DNA of 63,759 nt, counting the filler. It is 7 parts of 7 records of this genome, joined end to end, with 100 filler letters (N's around TTAATTAATTAA, not from the genome) between each part and the next. Parts side by side here need not be neighbours in the genome. Positions count along the whole stretch, not along the records: positions 10,276 to 21,221 come from DRR723986_11262; positions 21,322 to 30,128 come from DRR723986_11263; 5 more parts are not named here. One strand, given 5' to 3'. Position numbers and translations under genes: made by a program. Below are positions 17,048 through 27,504 of this stretch, piece by piece. Each line of letters begins with the position of its first letter. Positions within the stretch are counted from its first letter, which is position 1. The notes under the pieces are model-generated. The model ran no database searches. It was not told the DNA's origin and saw nothing but the letters and a program-made list of their open reading frames with translations.

Positions 17048-18895
17048 TTACTGGAAATTCGCATGCACGGCGTTGATCGCGGCCTGGTCCAAGGTGATGC
17101 CCACCCGCTCTTGGATATTTGCAGCCAGGGCGCGAAACAAATCTTCGGTCATGGCTTGGTCGGCCTCGGCCTGCAGGCGCGCGGCCAGCTCGGTTACGGC
17201 CTCGTTGGCCATATCGGGGGGCAAAATCGCGTCAAGGCGCAGCAAATATGCCTGGGCCGGCGCCTCGACCACGGCCAGATCGCCTGGCTGCATCGTAAAG
17301 GCCTGTTGCAGCAGGGTGCGCGGCACCTCTGGCACAAAGTCTTGGCGCGTCAGTGCGGCCTCGCGGGTAACGGGCAGGCCGAGCGCCTCGAAATCCGTGC
17401 CAGCGGCAACCTCTGCGACCAGATCTTGGGCCTGGGCCTGCAGGCGCGCGGTGGTTTCTTGGGTTTGCCAGCCGGCCACTACGGCATCGCGCACGCTGTC
17501 CAACGGCTGCAGCTGCGGTGCGATCTCGCCGTCAAGGCGCAGGGCAAACACCCCGCCATCATCGAGCATTTCGATGGTTGGGAAATCTTCGCGGGTCACG
17601 GCACTGGCCGCCTGGCGGAACCCGGCAAACGCGGCAATGCCATCGCTGACCTCGGGCGACCAATTGATCGTGGCCACCTGCATGCCGGCCTCGGTTTGCA
17701 ATTCTTCCAAAGTGGCGCCGCCGGCCAACAGCCCGTCAATTTCTGTGGCGCGGGTTTCGATCAGGCGGCGGGCGCGATCGATGGCCAATTCGGTGCGCAA
17801 TTCCGCGCGCGCCTCGTCAAAGCTGGTGTTTTGCGCGGCCAGCACGGCGTTCACGCGAAAGAGCGCCGGGCCAACGGGGCTGTCGATTGGGCCAACCACA
17901 GCCCCTGTTTCGGCGCCAAATATTGCATCGGCTGCTGCCCCCAAATCAGCGGGCAGCACATCGCCCATATCAATATCGTTCAGCGACAGGCCACGCTGGG
18001 CGGCCAGCGCTTCGAAATCGGTTGTGCCCGCGGCGATGGCATCGGCTGCGGCTTGGGCTGCGGCCTCATCGGCAAAGCCCAACCGTTCGACCAAGCGGCG
18101 TTCGGGGGTGTTGTAGGTGTCGCTGCGCGCCTCATATTCTGCGCGCAGGGCATCTTCGGGCACATTGATCTGTTCCAGCATGGCCTCGGGGCTGAGCCAG
18201 GCATAGGTGATGGTTTTTTGCAGCGACGTTGTGAATTGTGCTTTGTTTTCATCGTGATAGGCCTGCAGCTGCGCCTCGGTTGGGCTGGGCAGCGGGGCCG
18301 ATAGCGCGCTGGCATCAAGGCGGATAAAGCTGAAATCGCGCCGTTCGGCCACATAGTTGATCAACGTGTCATTATAAAGCGTGGGCATCGCCACGCCTTG
18401 CAACAACGCGCCTTGCAGGGCGCTGCGGGCGGTTTCGCGGCGCAGCTGCTCTTCAAAGCGCGCCTCGGTCAGGCCGGCACGGTCGAGGGCAAATTTATAC
18501 GTGTCGCGATCGAAGCTGCCGCTGAGGCCCTGAAAGGCCGGGATATCGCGGATCTGCCCGGCCACGGTTTCATCGCTCACCGAAATGCCAAGGCTTGCGG
18601 TTTCATGATCAAGCGCCGCAGTGGTCACAAGACGCGCCAGCACCGCGCGGTCAATGCCCATGTCGCGCGCCTCGGTCAGGGGCAGGGGCTGGCGGGTTTG
18701 CGCCTCGATCGCGCGTATTTCTTGCTGCAACTCGCGTGCGTAACTGTCGATTGCGATCTCTTGGTCGCCCACGCGGCCGACCGACTGCACATTGCCCGAC
18801 AGGTTTGTCACACCAAAGCCGCCCAAGCCAAGGATCAGCAAGGAAAGCAAGACCCAAACGGCCGATTTAGAAATGGTGCTGCTGCCACGTGCCAT
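17048..18895 (-). CDS. ppiD: PpiD/SurA-N-domain periplasmic chaperone (peptidyl-prolyl isomerase family)
   Basis: N-terminal TM anchor, SurA_N-like helical domain and degenerate rotamase region (PERR...F). Usual position upstream of trpE in alphaproteobacteria. Confidence 0.78.
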   Translation of the reverse strand: MARGSSTISKSAVWVLLSLLILGLGGFGVTNLSGNVQSVGRVGDQEIAIDSYARELQQEIRAIEAQTRQPLPLTEARDMGIDRAVLARLVTTAALDHETASLGISVSDETVAGQIRDIPAFQGLSGSFDRDTYKFALDRAGLTEARFEEQLRRETARSALQGALLQGVAMPTLYNDTLINYVAERRDFSFIRLDASALSAPLPSPTEAQLQAYHDENKAQFTTSLQKTITYAWLSPEAMLEQINVPEDALRAEYEARSDTYNTPERRLVERLGFADEAAAQAAADAIAAGTTDFEALAAQRGLSLNDIDMGDVLPADLGAAADAIFGAETGAVVGPIDSPVGPALFRVNAVLAAQNTSFDEARAELRTELAIDRARRLIETRATEIDGLLAGGATLEELQTEAGMQVATINWSPEVSDGIAAFAGFRQAASAVTREDFPTIEMLDDGGVFALRLDGEIAPQLQPLDSVRDAVVAGWQTQETTARLQAQAQDLVAEVAAGTDFEALGLPVTREAALTRQDFVPEVPRTLLQQAFTMQPGDLAVVEAPAQAYLLRLDAILPPDMANEAVTELAARLQAEADQAMTEDLFRALAANIQERVGITLDQAAINAVHANFQ

Positions 18896-18957
18896 GAGGC
18901 CCCCCAAAAATACGTTTTGCCCTTCCTACGCAACAGCGCAGGGCCGTGCAAGCGCGC

Positions 18958-20145
18958 TCACCCCTGAAAGGCGCAAAGCCGGTCAAACATCTGTGCAATC
19001 GTCTTACAATCGATATTGGCAAACGCGATGCGCAGCTGCCGCTGCCCCGCAGTATCGCCTGTGGGGGTGAACATCGTGGCGGGCAAGGCCAGAATGCCCG
19101 CCTCGTGCACCAGGCGCTGGCCCAGCGTTTCGGCGTCACTGTCAAACGGGTGTTCGACATAGGCAAAATAGGCCCCGCAGCCCAGCAATTTCCAACCGCG
19201 CTGCGCCAGGGGGGTAAAGCCCTGCTCAATGGCGGCGCGCCGCGCCAGCACCTCGGTGCGTTCTGCGGCCAACCAGCTGTGCAGATGCTGCATGCCCCAA
19301 AGCGCGGCCTGCTGGCCAAGGGGCGTGGGGCAGATGGTGACAGTATCGAGAAATTTTTCAATCTCGCCCAACAGGCCCGCGCCCGCCACAACCGCCCCCA
19401 CGCGATGGCCGGTTAAGCGATACGCCTTTGAAAAGGAATAAAGCTGCACCAGGTGATCGGGCCAGTGTTCATGCTGAAACAGCCCATGCGGCGCGCCGGT
19501 TTGGCTGTGAAAATCGCGGTAGGTTTCATCGACCACCAGATATATGCCCGCCTCGCGCGCCAGCGCTGCAAAGCCTGCCATCAGCGCGGGTGGGTATTCT
19601 ACCCCTGTCGGGTTGTTGGGTGTGACCATCACAATGGCGCGGGTGGCGGGCGTGATCAGCGCCCGCGCGGCGGCCAGATCTGGCAAAAGATCCGCGCCGC
19701 AGGGCAGGGGCACAACGCGCACCCCGGCCATATCCAGCCACATTTTGTGGTTGAAATACCACGGCACCGGCACCAGCACCTCGGCGTTTTGGTCAGTAAG
19801 GCACGACATGACGGCGGCAAAGGCCTCGTTGCAGCCCGATGTAATGCCCACCTGGCTGGCATCGATCTGCCCGCCATAGGCCTGCGAAAATTGTGCAGCC
19901 ACTTCGGCGCGCAGGGCCGGCAGGCCCAGAACCGCGCCATAAAGATGCACATTTGGGTCGTCGCAGACCAGCCGCGCCATTTCTTCGCGCAGCGCCCGCG
20001 GCGGCGGGGCCACTGGCGCGGCTTGGCTGACGTTGATCAGCGGCCGATCGGGGGGAAATTCAACCCCCTCCAGCCAACGCCGCGCGGCCGGAATGGGGGG
20101 CGCGAATGTGGCGCCAGTGCGCGTGGTGGCTGGGGGGGTGGACAT
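18958..20145 (-). CDS. Class I/II PLP-dependent aminotransferase
   Basis: TPNNPTG, DETY, SFSKAYRLTGHRVG. Confidence 0.88.
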   Translation of the reverse strand: MSTPPATTRTGATFAPPIPAARRWLEGVEFPPDRPLINVSQAAPVAPPPRALREEMARLVCDDPNVHLYGAVLGLPALRAEVAAQFSQAYGGQIDASQVGITSGCNEAFAAVMSCLTDQNAEVLVPVPWYFNHKMWLDMAGVRVVPLPCGADLLPDLAAARALITPATRAIVMVTPNNPTGVEYPPALMAGFAALAREAGIYLVVDETYRDFHSQTGAPHGLFQHEHWPDHLVQLYSFSKAYRLTGHRVGAVVAGAGLLGEIEKFLDTVTICPTPLGQQAALWGMQHLHSWLAAERTEVLARRAAIEQGFTPLAQRGWKLLGCGAYFAYVEHPFDSDAETLGQRLVHEAGILALPATMFTPTGDTAGQRQLRIAFANIDCKTIAQMFDRLCAFQG

Positions 20146-20157
20146 GCTGCGCGCGCC

Positions 20158-20661
20158 CTAATCTTTGCCGCGGTAAGGCTCGACATATTGCAGCGCCATA
20201 TCCCAGGGGAAAAAGATCCAGGTATCCTGGCTGACCTCGGTGATAAACGTATCCACCTGCGGGCGGCCCTTTGGCTTGGCGTAGACAGTGGCAAAATGCG
20301 CCTTGGGATACATCTGGCGCACCAGTTCCAGGGTTTTGCCGCTGTCCACCAGATCATCCACGATCAGCACGCCCTCGCCATCGCCCATCAGCGCCGCATC
20401 GGGCGCCTTGAGCACCTGCGCTTTGCCCTGATCTTGGTGATGATAGGATTTCACGCTGATGGTATCGACGGTGCGGATATCCAGCTCGCGCGCCACAATC
20501 ATGGCCGGCGCCATGCCGCCGCGGGTGATGGCCACAACCGCGCGCCAGGCGCCGTTGTCGGGCCCGTGGCCATCGAGGCGCCACGCCAGGGCGCGGCTGT
20601 CGCGGTGGATTTGATCCCAGCTGATATGAAAGCCTTTTTCGTGGGGCAGGCGGTCGGTCAT
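20158..20661 (-). CDS. gpt: Xanthine-guanine phosphoribosyltransferase
   Basis: [35 protein letters not shown]. Confidence 0.93.
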   Translation of the reverse strand: MTDRLPHEKGFHISWDQIHRDSRALAWRLDGHGPDNGAWRAVVAITRGGMAPAMIVARELDIRTVDTISVKSYHHQDQGKAQVLKAPDAALMGDGEGVLIVDDLVDSGKTLELVRQMYPKAHFATVYAKPKGRPQVDTFITEVSQDTWIFFPWDMALQYVEPYRGKD

Positions 20662-20689
20662 CGGGTGTTCCTTTGCGGGCTGCGCGCGA

Positions 20690-21221
20690 TCAGTCTTTGC
20701 GGTTTGTCACAACATCAATATCGGGGGCATCCACCGCTTTCATGCCCACCACGTGATAGCCGGCATCAACATGCAGGTTTTCGCCCGTCACGCCGCTGCC
20801 CAGATCAGACAGCAGATAAAGCGCCGATTTGCCCACATCATCGATGGTCACGTTGCGGCGCAGGGGCGAATTCAGCTCGTTCCATTTCAGGATATAGCGG
20901 AAATCGCCAATGCCGCTGGCGGCCAGCGTTTTGATGGGCCCGGCGCTGATGGCATTCACGCGGATGTTTTGCTTGCCCAGATCTTCGGCCAGATACATCA
21001 CCGATGCCTCTAGCGCGGCTTTGGCCACGCCCATCACGTTATAATGTGGCATCACCTGCTCGGCGCCATAATAGGTGAGCGTCAGCGCGCTGCCGCCGTC
21101 TGTCATCAGCTTTTCGGCGCGCTGCATCACCGCGGTAAAGCTGTAGCAGCTGACATCCAGCGTCATCAGGAAATTATCGCGGCTGGTATCTACATAGCGC
21201 CCGCGCAATTCGTTTTTGTCG
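20690..21221 (-). CDS. fabI: Enoyl-ACP reductase, 5'-truncated by the contig end
   Basis: [34 protein letters not shown]. Confidence 0.93.
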
Positions 21222-21321
21222 NNNNNNNNNNNNNNNNNNNNNNNNNNNNNNNNNNNNNNNNNNNNTTAATTAATTAANNNNNNNNNNNNNNNNNNNNNNN
21301 NNNNNNNNNNNNNNNNNNNNN
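21222..21321. other. Artificial contig spacer
   Basis: N44-TTAATTAATTAA-N44. Confidence 0.98.
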
Positions 21322-21361
21322 GGCGGGAGTATTTGGGCCAAGAAGAAGATCGGATGTGGTC

Positions 21362-21814
21362 TTAGGGCTGCCAGCGAGCGAGCGCGTCTTCGTCCTCGTC
21401 GCGGGCGGCGACCCATGCTGTGCCCGCGGCGGTGATCTCCTTCTTCCAGAAGGGCGCACGGGATTTAAGGTAGTCCATCAGGAACTCTGCCGCCGCGAAA
21501 GCATCGGCCCGGTGGCGCGCGGCAGTGGCGACCATCATGATCGTATCGCCCTGTCCCATGCGGCCATGACGATGCAGGATTAAAGCATCGTTGAGCGACC
21601 AACGTGCCATTGCTTCTGCCGCGATTTTCGCCAGAGCCTTTTCGGTCATACCGGGATAGTGCTCGATCTCCATCGCGTCGAGATCGCCGGACGCCACATC
21701 GCGTACGATGCCGGAAAAGCTGACCACCGCACCCGCATTGTCCTGTCGGGCAGCAAAGCGGTTGAGCATCTCCCCCATATTGAACGGGTCGGCCTGAACG
21801 ATGATTTCGGGCAT
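21362..21814 (-). CDS. moaE: Molybdopterin synthase catalytic subunit
   Basis: GAVVSFSGIVR, EHYPGM, HR, MDYLKSRAPFWKKE. Confidence 0.95.
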   Translation of the reverse strand: MPEIIVQADPFNMGEMLNRFAARQDNAGAVVSFSGIVRDVASGDLDAMEIEHYPGMTEKALAKIAAEAMARWSLNDALILHRHGRMGQGDTIMMVATAARHRADAFAAAEFLMDYLKSRAPFWKKEITAAGTAWVAARDEDEDALARWQP

Positions 21815-21815
21815 G

Positions 21816-22064
21816 TTACCCCCCGGTCATCGGCGGGAAGAAGGCCACTTCCCTTGCCCCCGCGATCGGCGCATCCAGATCGACCAGATCCTGATCGACC
21901 GCAGCACGGATCGCCTTGAGATCGGAAAAGGCGAACGCATAGCCTTCGTCGCGCGCTTTGAGTTCCTCTATCAACTCAGCCACTGTTGCAGCCTGAGTTT
22001 CCAGCCTTTCATGCCCCGTGCCTACGCGTTCCCGCAGCCAAGCAAAGTAACGCAGCTCAATCAT
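21816..22064 (-). CDS. moaD: Molybdopterin synthase sulfur carrier subunit
   Basis: YFAWLRE at the N-terminus and C-terminal EVAFFPPMTGG. Confidence 0.95.
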   Translation of the reverse strand: MIELRYFAWLRERVGTGHERLETQAATVAELIEELKARDEGYAFAFSDLKAIRAAVDQDLVDLDAPIAGAREVAFFPPMTGG

Positions 22065-22728
22065 GGGGTTCTTCCCTCAGATGCGGCATGGCCTTGGCCA
22101 GATAGTCGGCCCCGGTGACCACGGTCAACAGCGCGGCCAGCCACAGCAGCACCAGGCCGCACATATAGGCCCAGTAGGCCCCCTGACTGAGTGCCACGAG
22201 GCTGAACTCGTCCTCAAGCTCGCCCGCGAAGATCTGCGCCACGATCTCGGGCGACATACCGATCACGTTCATGCCGAAGTGATGCTCGAATATGCCGTAG
22301 GAAAACAACACGGCGATGGCAACCATCTGCACGGTCGTCTTCCACTTGGCCAGTTTCGTCACGCTGAGCGTGCCCGCCTTGTTGCCAAGGAATTCACGCA
22401 GGCCCGAGACGAAGACCTCTCGGAACAGGATTGCGGCCACGGGCAGGATCAGCAGGGTCTGAAACCCGAAAAGCCCCATCAATGTCGCCAGCGCGATCAC
22501 CACCATGGCCTTGTCGGCAATCGGGTCGAGCATTGCGCCAAAGCGGCTGTGCTGTTTCCACAGCCGTGCAAGATAGCCGTCCAGCCAATCGGTCAGCGCC
22601 GCTGTCACGAAGAGGATCAGCGCGACCCAGTCCGCGTAGGGGCGCGGCAGGATCAGGAAAATGATGGCGACACCGGGGGCCGCGACAAGGCGCATCAGCG
22701 TCAGTATATTTGGCAAGGTCCATCGCAT
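22057..22728 (-). CDS. pgsA: CDP-diacylglycerol--glycerol-3-phosphate 3-phosphatidyltransferase
   Basis: LPNILT, TDWLDGYLAR...FGAMLDPIADK, REVFVSGLRE, KWKTTVQM. Start taken at MRWTLPN. Confidence 0.94.
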   Translation of the reverse strand: MRWTLPNILTLMRLVAAPGVAIIFLILPRPYADWVALILFVTAALTDWLDGYLARLWKQHSRFGAMLDPIADKAMVVIALATLMGLFGFQTLLILPVAAILFREVFVSGLREFLGNKAGTLSVTKLAKWKTTVQMVAIAVLFSYGIFEHHFGMNVIGMSPEIVAQIFAGELEDEFSLVALSQGAYWAYMCGLVLLWLAALLTVVTGADYLAKAMPHLREEPHD

Positions 22729-22969
22729 GGAAAAGCCATAGCGCGGTTGCGGCGGCGTCACCAGCCCCGGGATCAACTCTGTGCACAAGAAATTGCGCGA
22801 CAGGGTTGGGGTCTGTTCAGGGTCAGGGTTGCTGTGTGCTTCGGGTGCTCGGCGCCCGGCCTTTTCCCGCTCCCTTTTTTATCTTGGCCGATCTATCATT
22901 GGCGCGAAATACCGTCATCGCAGCAGGGCCGGATTCACGGACACGGCTGATGAGGTTGGAGGACGCACC

Positions 22970-23371
22970 ATGCCCGAGATCGGAGTTTCCTTACGCAACA
23001 TCGCGGGGACGGAAGCGGCCATGGGGTGGGCGGGAAGCCACACCGTGATCGCCGACCGGCCTGCCGGGGTCGCGACCGGACTTGGGTTGGGGTTCAATGG
23101 CGCGCAGCTTCTCGCGCTCGCCATCGGCGGGTGCTTTTGCAATGACCTGCGCTATGTGGCGCATGAGCTGGGGGCGGCGATAGACACGGTCTCGGTCGAT
23201 GTGACGCTGGACCTTGAGGGCAAGCCCCCGATTGCCACGAAGGCCCGGATGCATGTGATCTGTGTGATGCAGGACGGCAGCGACCCTGCGGCCCTGATCG
23301 CCAAGGCCAAATCGAGTTGCATGGCCAGCAATTCACTACCTCGCGGTATTCAGGTGGCAATCAGCAGCTAG
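22970..23371 (+). CDS. OsmC/Ohr family protein
   Basis: [21 protein letters not shown] and C-terminal [16 protein letters not shown] before ATG 22970. Confidence 0.8.
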   Translation: MPEIGVSLRNIAGTEAAMGWAGSHTVIADRPAGVATGLGLGFNGAQLLALAIGGCFCNDLRYVAHELGAAIDTVSVDVTLDLEGKPPIATKARMHVICVMQDGSDPAALIAKAKSSCMASNSLPRGIQVAISS

Positions 23372-25236
23372 CCGCGTTCGTGGAAGTAATCGTAGATCGT
23401 TTCGGCCAGCGCATCCGAAATCCCGTCTACCGCTTTCAAATCGGCAAGATCCGCACGACCCACGGCCTTGGCGCTGCCGAAATGGGCCAGAAGCGCGCGT
23501 TTGCGGGTGGCTCCGACGCCGGGCACGTCATCAAGTGGAGTCGCCCCTACGGCCTTGGCGCGTTTGGCGCGGTGCGTTCCGATGGCAAACCGGTGTGCCT
23601 CGTCCCTCAGGCGCTGCACGAAATACAGCACCGGGTCATTGCGTTTCAGGGCAAAGGCCGGCTTGCCCATGCGGTGGAATTCCTCTTTGCCCGCATCGCG
23701 GTCGATCCCCTTGGCCACGCCGATGAAGGGCACGTCCTTGACCCCGAGATCGGCCATGATCTCGGCCACCGCGCTAACCTGTCCGGCGCCGCCGTCAATC
23801 AGCAGCAGGTCGGGCCAGGTGTCGCCTTCGCGGTCGGGATCTTCCTTCAGCAGGCGCTTGAAGCGGCGGCTCAGCACCTCTTTCATCATGCCGAAATCGT
23901 CGCCGGGCGTCAGGCTGTCGCCCTTGATGTTGAACTTTCGGTACTGGCTTTTCAGAAAGCCATCGCGCCCGGCCACAATCATGCCGCCGACGGCATTGGT
24001 GCCCTGAATGTGAGAGTTGTCGTAGACCTCGATCCGTTCGGGCGGCCCGGCCAGTCCAAAGGCCTCTGCCAGGCCGTTCAGCAGACGGGATTGGGTGGCG
24101 GCCTCGCTCATCTTGCGGGCCAGGCTTTCGCGGGCATTGCGGGCCGCAAAGGACACCAGCTCCGCCTTTTCCCCTCGCAGGGGCACCAGCAGCTCCACCT
24201 TGCGACCGCGCTTGTCGGACAGGGCTTGCTCCATCAGATCAGCGTTCTCGATCGGATGACTGAGCAGGATCTGCCGCGGCGGGTCTTTCTCGTCATAGAA
24301 CTGGCCCAGGAACGCCTCCAGCACTTCGGGTTCTTCCGCGCCTGATCCGGTGCGCGGATAGAAATCGCGGTTGCCCCAGTTCTGGTTGGCGCGGATGAAG
24401 AACACCTGAACGCAGGCCTGCCCGCCCTCCATATGCAGCGCCACGACATCCGCCTCGGCCACGCCGCGCGGGTTGATACCCTGTACGCCCTGCACCACGG
24501 TCAGCGCGCGGATACGGTCCCGAAGGGCCGCGGCGCGTTCGAACTCCATCGCTTCTGACGCGGCCTGCATATCCTTTGCCAGCGCTTCCTGAATATGGCC
24601 GCCATTGCCCGACAGGAACCGTTCCGCGTCGCGCACGCTGGCGGCATAATCCTCGCCAGAGATCAAACCGACGCAAGGCCCGGAGCAGCGCTTGATCTGA
24701 TACAGCAGGCAAGGCCGCGTGCGGCTGTCGAACGTCGCGTCAGAGCAATTGCGCAGCAGAAACACCTTCTGCAACTGGTTCAGCGTGCGGTTCACCGCAT
24801 CGGCGCTGGCAAAGGGGCCATAGTAATTGCCCTTTTCCTTCTTCGCGCCGCGATGCTTCTTGATCTGCGGAAAGGCATGGGCGCGGCTGACGAGGATATT
24901 GGGGAAGCTTTTGTCGTCACGCAGCAGCACGTTGTAACGCGGTTTCAGCTGCTTGATCAGGTTCTGTTCCAGCAGCAGCGCCTCGGTTTCCGTGCGCGTG
25001 GTCAGGAACATCATTTCGGTCGTTTCGCGGATCATCCGGGCAATCCGCGCGCTGTGCCCAGTGGGCTTGGCATAGTTCGCCACACGCTTTTTCAGATTTC
25101 GCGCCTTGCCGACGTAAAGCACCCGCGCCTGAGCATCGAGCATGCGATAAACACCCGGAGAGCCGTCGAGCAGCTTCAGGTACGAGGCGATCAGTTCGTG
25201 ACCGGTTTGCGGCGTATCGGGGGGCGTTTCAGACAT
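23368..25236 (-). CDS. uvrC: Excinuclease ABC subunit C
   Basis: GIY-YIG-type PGVYRM...[47 protein letters not shown], HhH tail. Confidence 0.97.
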   Translation of the reverse strand: MSETPPDTPQTGHELIASYLKLLDGSPGVYRMLDAQARVLYVGKARNLKKRVANYAKPTGHSARIARMIRETTEMMFLTTRTETEALLLEQNLIKQLKPRYNVLLRDDKSFPNILVSRAHAFPQIKKHRGAKKEKGNYYGPFASADAVNRTLNQLQKVFLLRNCSDATFDSRTRPCLLYQIKRCSGPCVGLISGEDYAASVRDAERFLSGNGGHIQEALAKDMQAASEAMEFERAAALRDRIRALTVVQGVQGINPRGVAEADVVALHMEGGQACVQVFFIRANQNWGNRDFYPRTGSGAEEPEVLEAFLGQFYDEKDPPRQILLSHPIENADLMEQALSDKRGRKVELLVPLRGEKAELVSFAARNARESLARKMSEAATQSRLLNGLAEAFGLAGPPERIEVYDNSHIQGTNAVGGMIVAGRDGFLKSQYRKFNIKGDSLTPGDDFGMMKEVLSRRFKRLLKEDPDREGDTWPDLLLIDGGAGQVSAVAEIMADLGVKDVPFIGVAKGIDRDAGKEEFHRMGKPAFALKRNDPVLYFVQRLRDEAHRFAIGTHRAKRAKAVGATPLDDVPGVGATRKRALLAHFGSAKAVGRADLADLKAVDGISDALAETIYDYFHERG

Positions 25237-25244
25237 CGTGACCC

Positions 25245-25500
25245 AGTTGAATCGATTCCCTTGTCGGCTGCAACGATCTGGGGCCATGTTCAAGGAAAAC
25301 CTTGTCCACGGTTTCTGTGGATAACCTTAGGGATAAAATGTTGGGATAAGGGTTTTTTCCTTGTATTTGGCAGAGTTCATCTGTTTGCCTATTTTTTAGG
25401 CGCTTCTTTAAGGCACTGAAATCAAATGTTATTTTTCTACCCACAGGTCTGTTGCCGTCGCCAGTCATAAAACAGTAACACCTCTGTTACCGTGGCGTCG
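25245..25500. other. Candidate chromosomal replication origin (oriC)
   Basis: Perfect DnaA box TGTGGATAA (25316-25324) plus four variants, tandem GANTC, AT-rich stretch and palindromes (see findings). Confidence 0.72.
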
Positions 25501-25546
25501 GCGGTGGAAAACTACGTACGGACTACCCCGCAAGGCAGCGCCTACG

Positions 25547-26323
25547 CTATTCCAACCCGAGGATATCGGGGGTCTGCCAGGCCAGATGCTGACCGCCATC
25601 GACACAGATCAGTTGTCCGGTCACGCCCCGCGCTTCCAGGAAATATTTCAACGCCTGAACAATGCCTTCTGCATCCGATCCGCGCCCCAGAACAGTTGCC
25701 TGACGCTGCCGTTCGAAATGCGCTTCGGACTGGCGCGCGCCCTTCATGGTCGGCCCCGGCCCGATAGCATTGACGCGCACATGCGGGGCAAGTGCCTGCG
25801 CGGCGGTGCGGGTGAAGGCCCACAGCCCCATCTTGGCGATCGTGTAACTCATGAATTCCGGCGTCAGTTTCTGCACCCGCTGATCGAGCATGTTGATCAC
25901 CAGCCCCTGCGCCTGCGGTTCGCCGTTCTCATCGGGCTCGGCAGGCGGCATCTGGCTGGCCAGGGCCTGGGTCAGCAGCACCGGTGCGCGCAGGTTCGAT
26001 TCCATGTGCCGATCCCAGCTGGATCGGGTCATGGAGGTGATATTGTCATACTCAAACACCGACGCATTGTTGATCAGCACCCGCACTGGCTGGCCAAGTG
26101 CCTCAATCGCGCGGGGCAGTAAAGTTTCTGTCGCCGCCTCGTCCAGCAGATCCGCCTGAACCGTCACCGCCCGGCGCCCAAGCGCGCGAATGTCGCGTGC
26201 CGTGGCCTCTGCCTCGGACGCGGACCCGGCGTAGTGAATAGCTACGTCATGACCCGCCTCTGCCAACGCCAGCGCCATGGCGCGCCCTAGTCTGCGCGCG
26301 CCGCCTGTTACGAGTGCGGTCAT
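25547..26323 (-). CDS. SDR family oxidoreductase (pteridine reductase-like)
   Basis: TGGARRLG, NNASVF, YTIAK. Confidence 0.85.
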   Translation of the reverse strand: MTALVTGGARRLGRAMALALAEAGHDVAIHYAGSASEAEATARDIRALGRRAVTVQADLLDEAATETLLPRAIEALGQPVRVLINNASVFEYDNITSMTRSSWDRHMESNLRAPVLLTQALASQMPPAEPDENGEPQAQGLVINMLDQRVQKLTPEFMSYTIAKMGLWAFTRTAAQALAPHVRVNAIGPGPTMKGARQSEAHFERQRQATVLGRGSDAEGIVQALKYFLEARGVTGQLICVDGGQHLAWQTPDILGLE

Positions 26324-26336
26324 CCTTGCCCTCCGT

Positions 26337-27302
26337 TCAGTTCAGGACACTGATCACATAGATAAGGTAGAGCCCGGTGAAGACCACCCCGATGACGCGC
26401 CCAAAAATCCAACGGAAATACACGAACGGGATCAGCAGCAGCGAAGCGGCAAGCATGATCCAGAGATCGAAGGACAGGATTTCCGGGTCGACCGGGATCG
26501 GCCCGACAAGCGATGCCACGCCGATAATGCCAAGCAGGTTGAAGATATTCGACCCGATGACATTACCAAGCGCCACCTCGGCATGACGGCGCAGGGCGGC
26601 CATGACGGTCGTCGCCAGTTCGGGCAACGAGGTGCCAACCGCGACCAGCGTCAGCCCGATTGCGGTTTCGCTGACACCAAAACTGCGGGCAATCACGACC
26701 GAACTGTCAACCAGCAGATCCGCACCAAGCGGCAGGCCGAGCAGACCCAGCAACAGGAACACGAAAATCTGCCACCAGGGCATGTCGGGATCTGCGCCTT
26801 CCACATCCTCCAGATCGTCCAACACGGCGGCGGCTGCAGTGTCGCGCTTGTGGGAACGGGCGGCCCACGCGGCCTCTCCCAGCATCAGCGCAAGACCGGC
26901 CAGCAGGATCAGACCGTGCCACCAGATAAACGGCCCCGCGAAGGCCAGCGCGATGAAGGCCAGGGTCGCGACCATCATGATCACGTAGTTGCGGCGGGTG
27001 TCGCAGTTGCTGGTGTCGAGGCCCGACATCATCGCCGGTATGCCCAGAACAAGCAGGATATTGGCGGTGTTCGAGCCTACGACATTGCCAAGAGCCAGAC
27101 CCGGCACCCCATCCAGAATTGCACTGATCGATATCAGAAGCTCGGGCGCTGAGGTGCCGAACGCAACGATGGTCAGACTGACAATCAGTGCGGGTATGCC
27201 CAACCTGAGGCTCAGATTGACCGCACCGCGCACCAGCGTGTCCCCTGCCAGCAGAAGGATAACAAGGCCAAGCCCCGCCAAAAGGAATTCGGTGATCAGC
27301 AC
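26337..27302 (-). CDS. Calcium/sodium antiporter (YrbG/CaCA family)
   Basis: Alpha-repeats GTSAPE/GSNTAN and GTSLPE/GSNIFN. Confidence 0.92.
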   Translation of the reverse strand: MLITEFLLAGLGLVILLLAGDTLVRGAVNLSLRLGIPALIVSLTIVAFGTSAPELLISISAILDGVPGLALGNVVGSNTANILLVLGIPAMMSGLDTSNCDTRRNYVIMMVATLAFIALAFAGPFIWWHGLILLAGLALMLGEAAWAARSHKRDTAAAAVLDDLEDVEGADPDMPWWQIFVFLLLGLLGLPLGADLLVDSSVVIARSFGVSETAIGLTLVAVGTSLPELATTVMAALRRHAEVALGNVIGSNIFNLLGIIGVASLVGPIPVDPEILSFDLWIMLAASLLLIPFVYFRWIFGRVIGVVFTGLYLIYVISVLN

Positions 27303-27503
27303 TTAGCCGCGCCCCTCGTTGCAGTTCTGGCAGGCACCGCCCGTCACATTGATCTGTCCGCATTGGGGGCAGGTGCGGGGCCTTGGCAGGTTTCCCTGCT
27401 TGCGCCGCGACATGCGTCTTGCCCCGCCCGGCCAACGTAGTCGCCCAAACATGGCCAGAACCGCCATGCCTACGAGGAAGAAGGTTGCGATCTTGACCAG
27501 CAT
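27303..27503 (-). CDS. Small membrane-anchored protein with C-terminal CPxC...CxxC zinc ribbon
   Basis: MLVKIATFFLVGMAVLAMFG...TCPQCG...CQNC. It fills the gap between two same-strand genes exactly. Confidence 0.65.
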   Translation of the reverse strand: MLVKIATFFLVGMAVLAMFGRLRWPGGARRMSRRKQGNLPRPRTCPQCGQINVTGGACQNCNEGRG

Positions 27504-27504
27504 C

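Noticed and set aside
12945..20934. Long antisense ORFs such as 12945-13925, 17063-18304 and 19453-20934
   Set aside because: They are shadows of well-supported genes in high-GC DNA. The same applies to 23317-24345, 27319-28347, 38329-39633, 54118-55275 and 59390-60361.
25420..25432. IHF-like site AATCAAATGTTA in the oriC candidate
   Set aside because: The spacing is one base short of WATCAA-N4-TTR, so it is not claimed.
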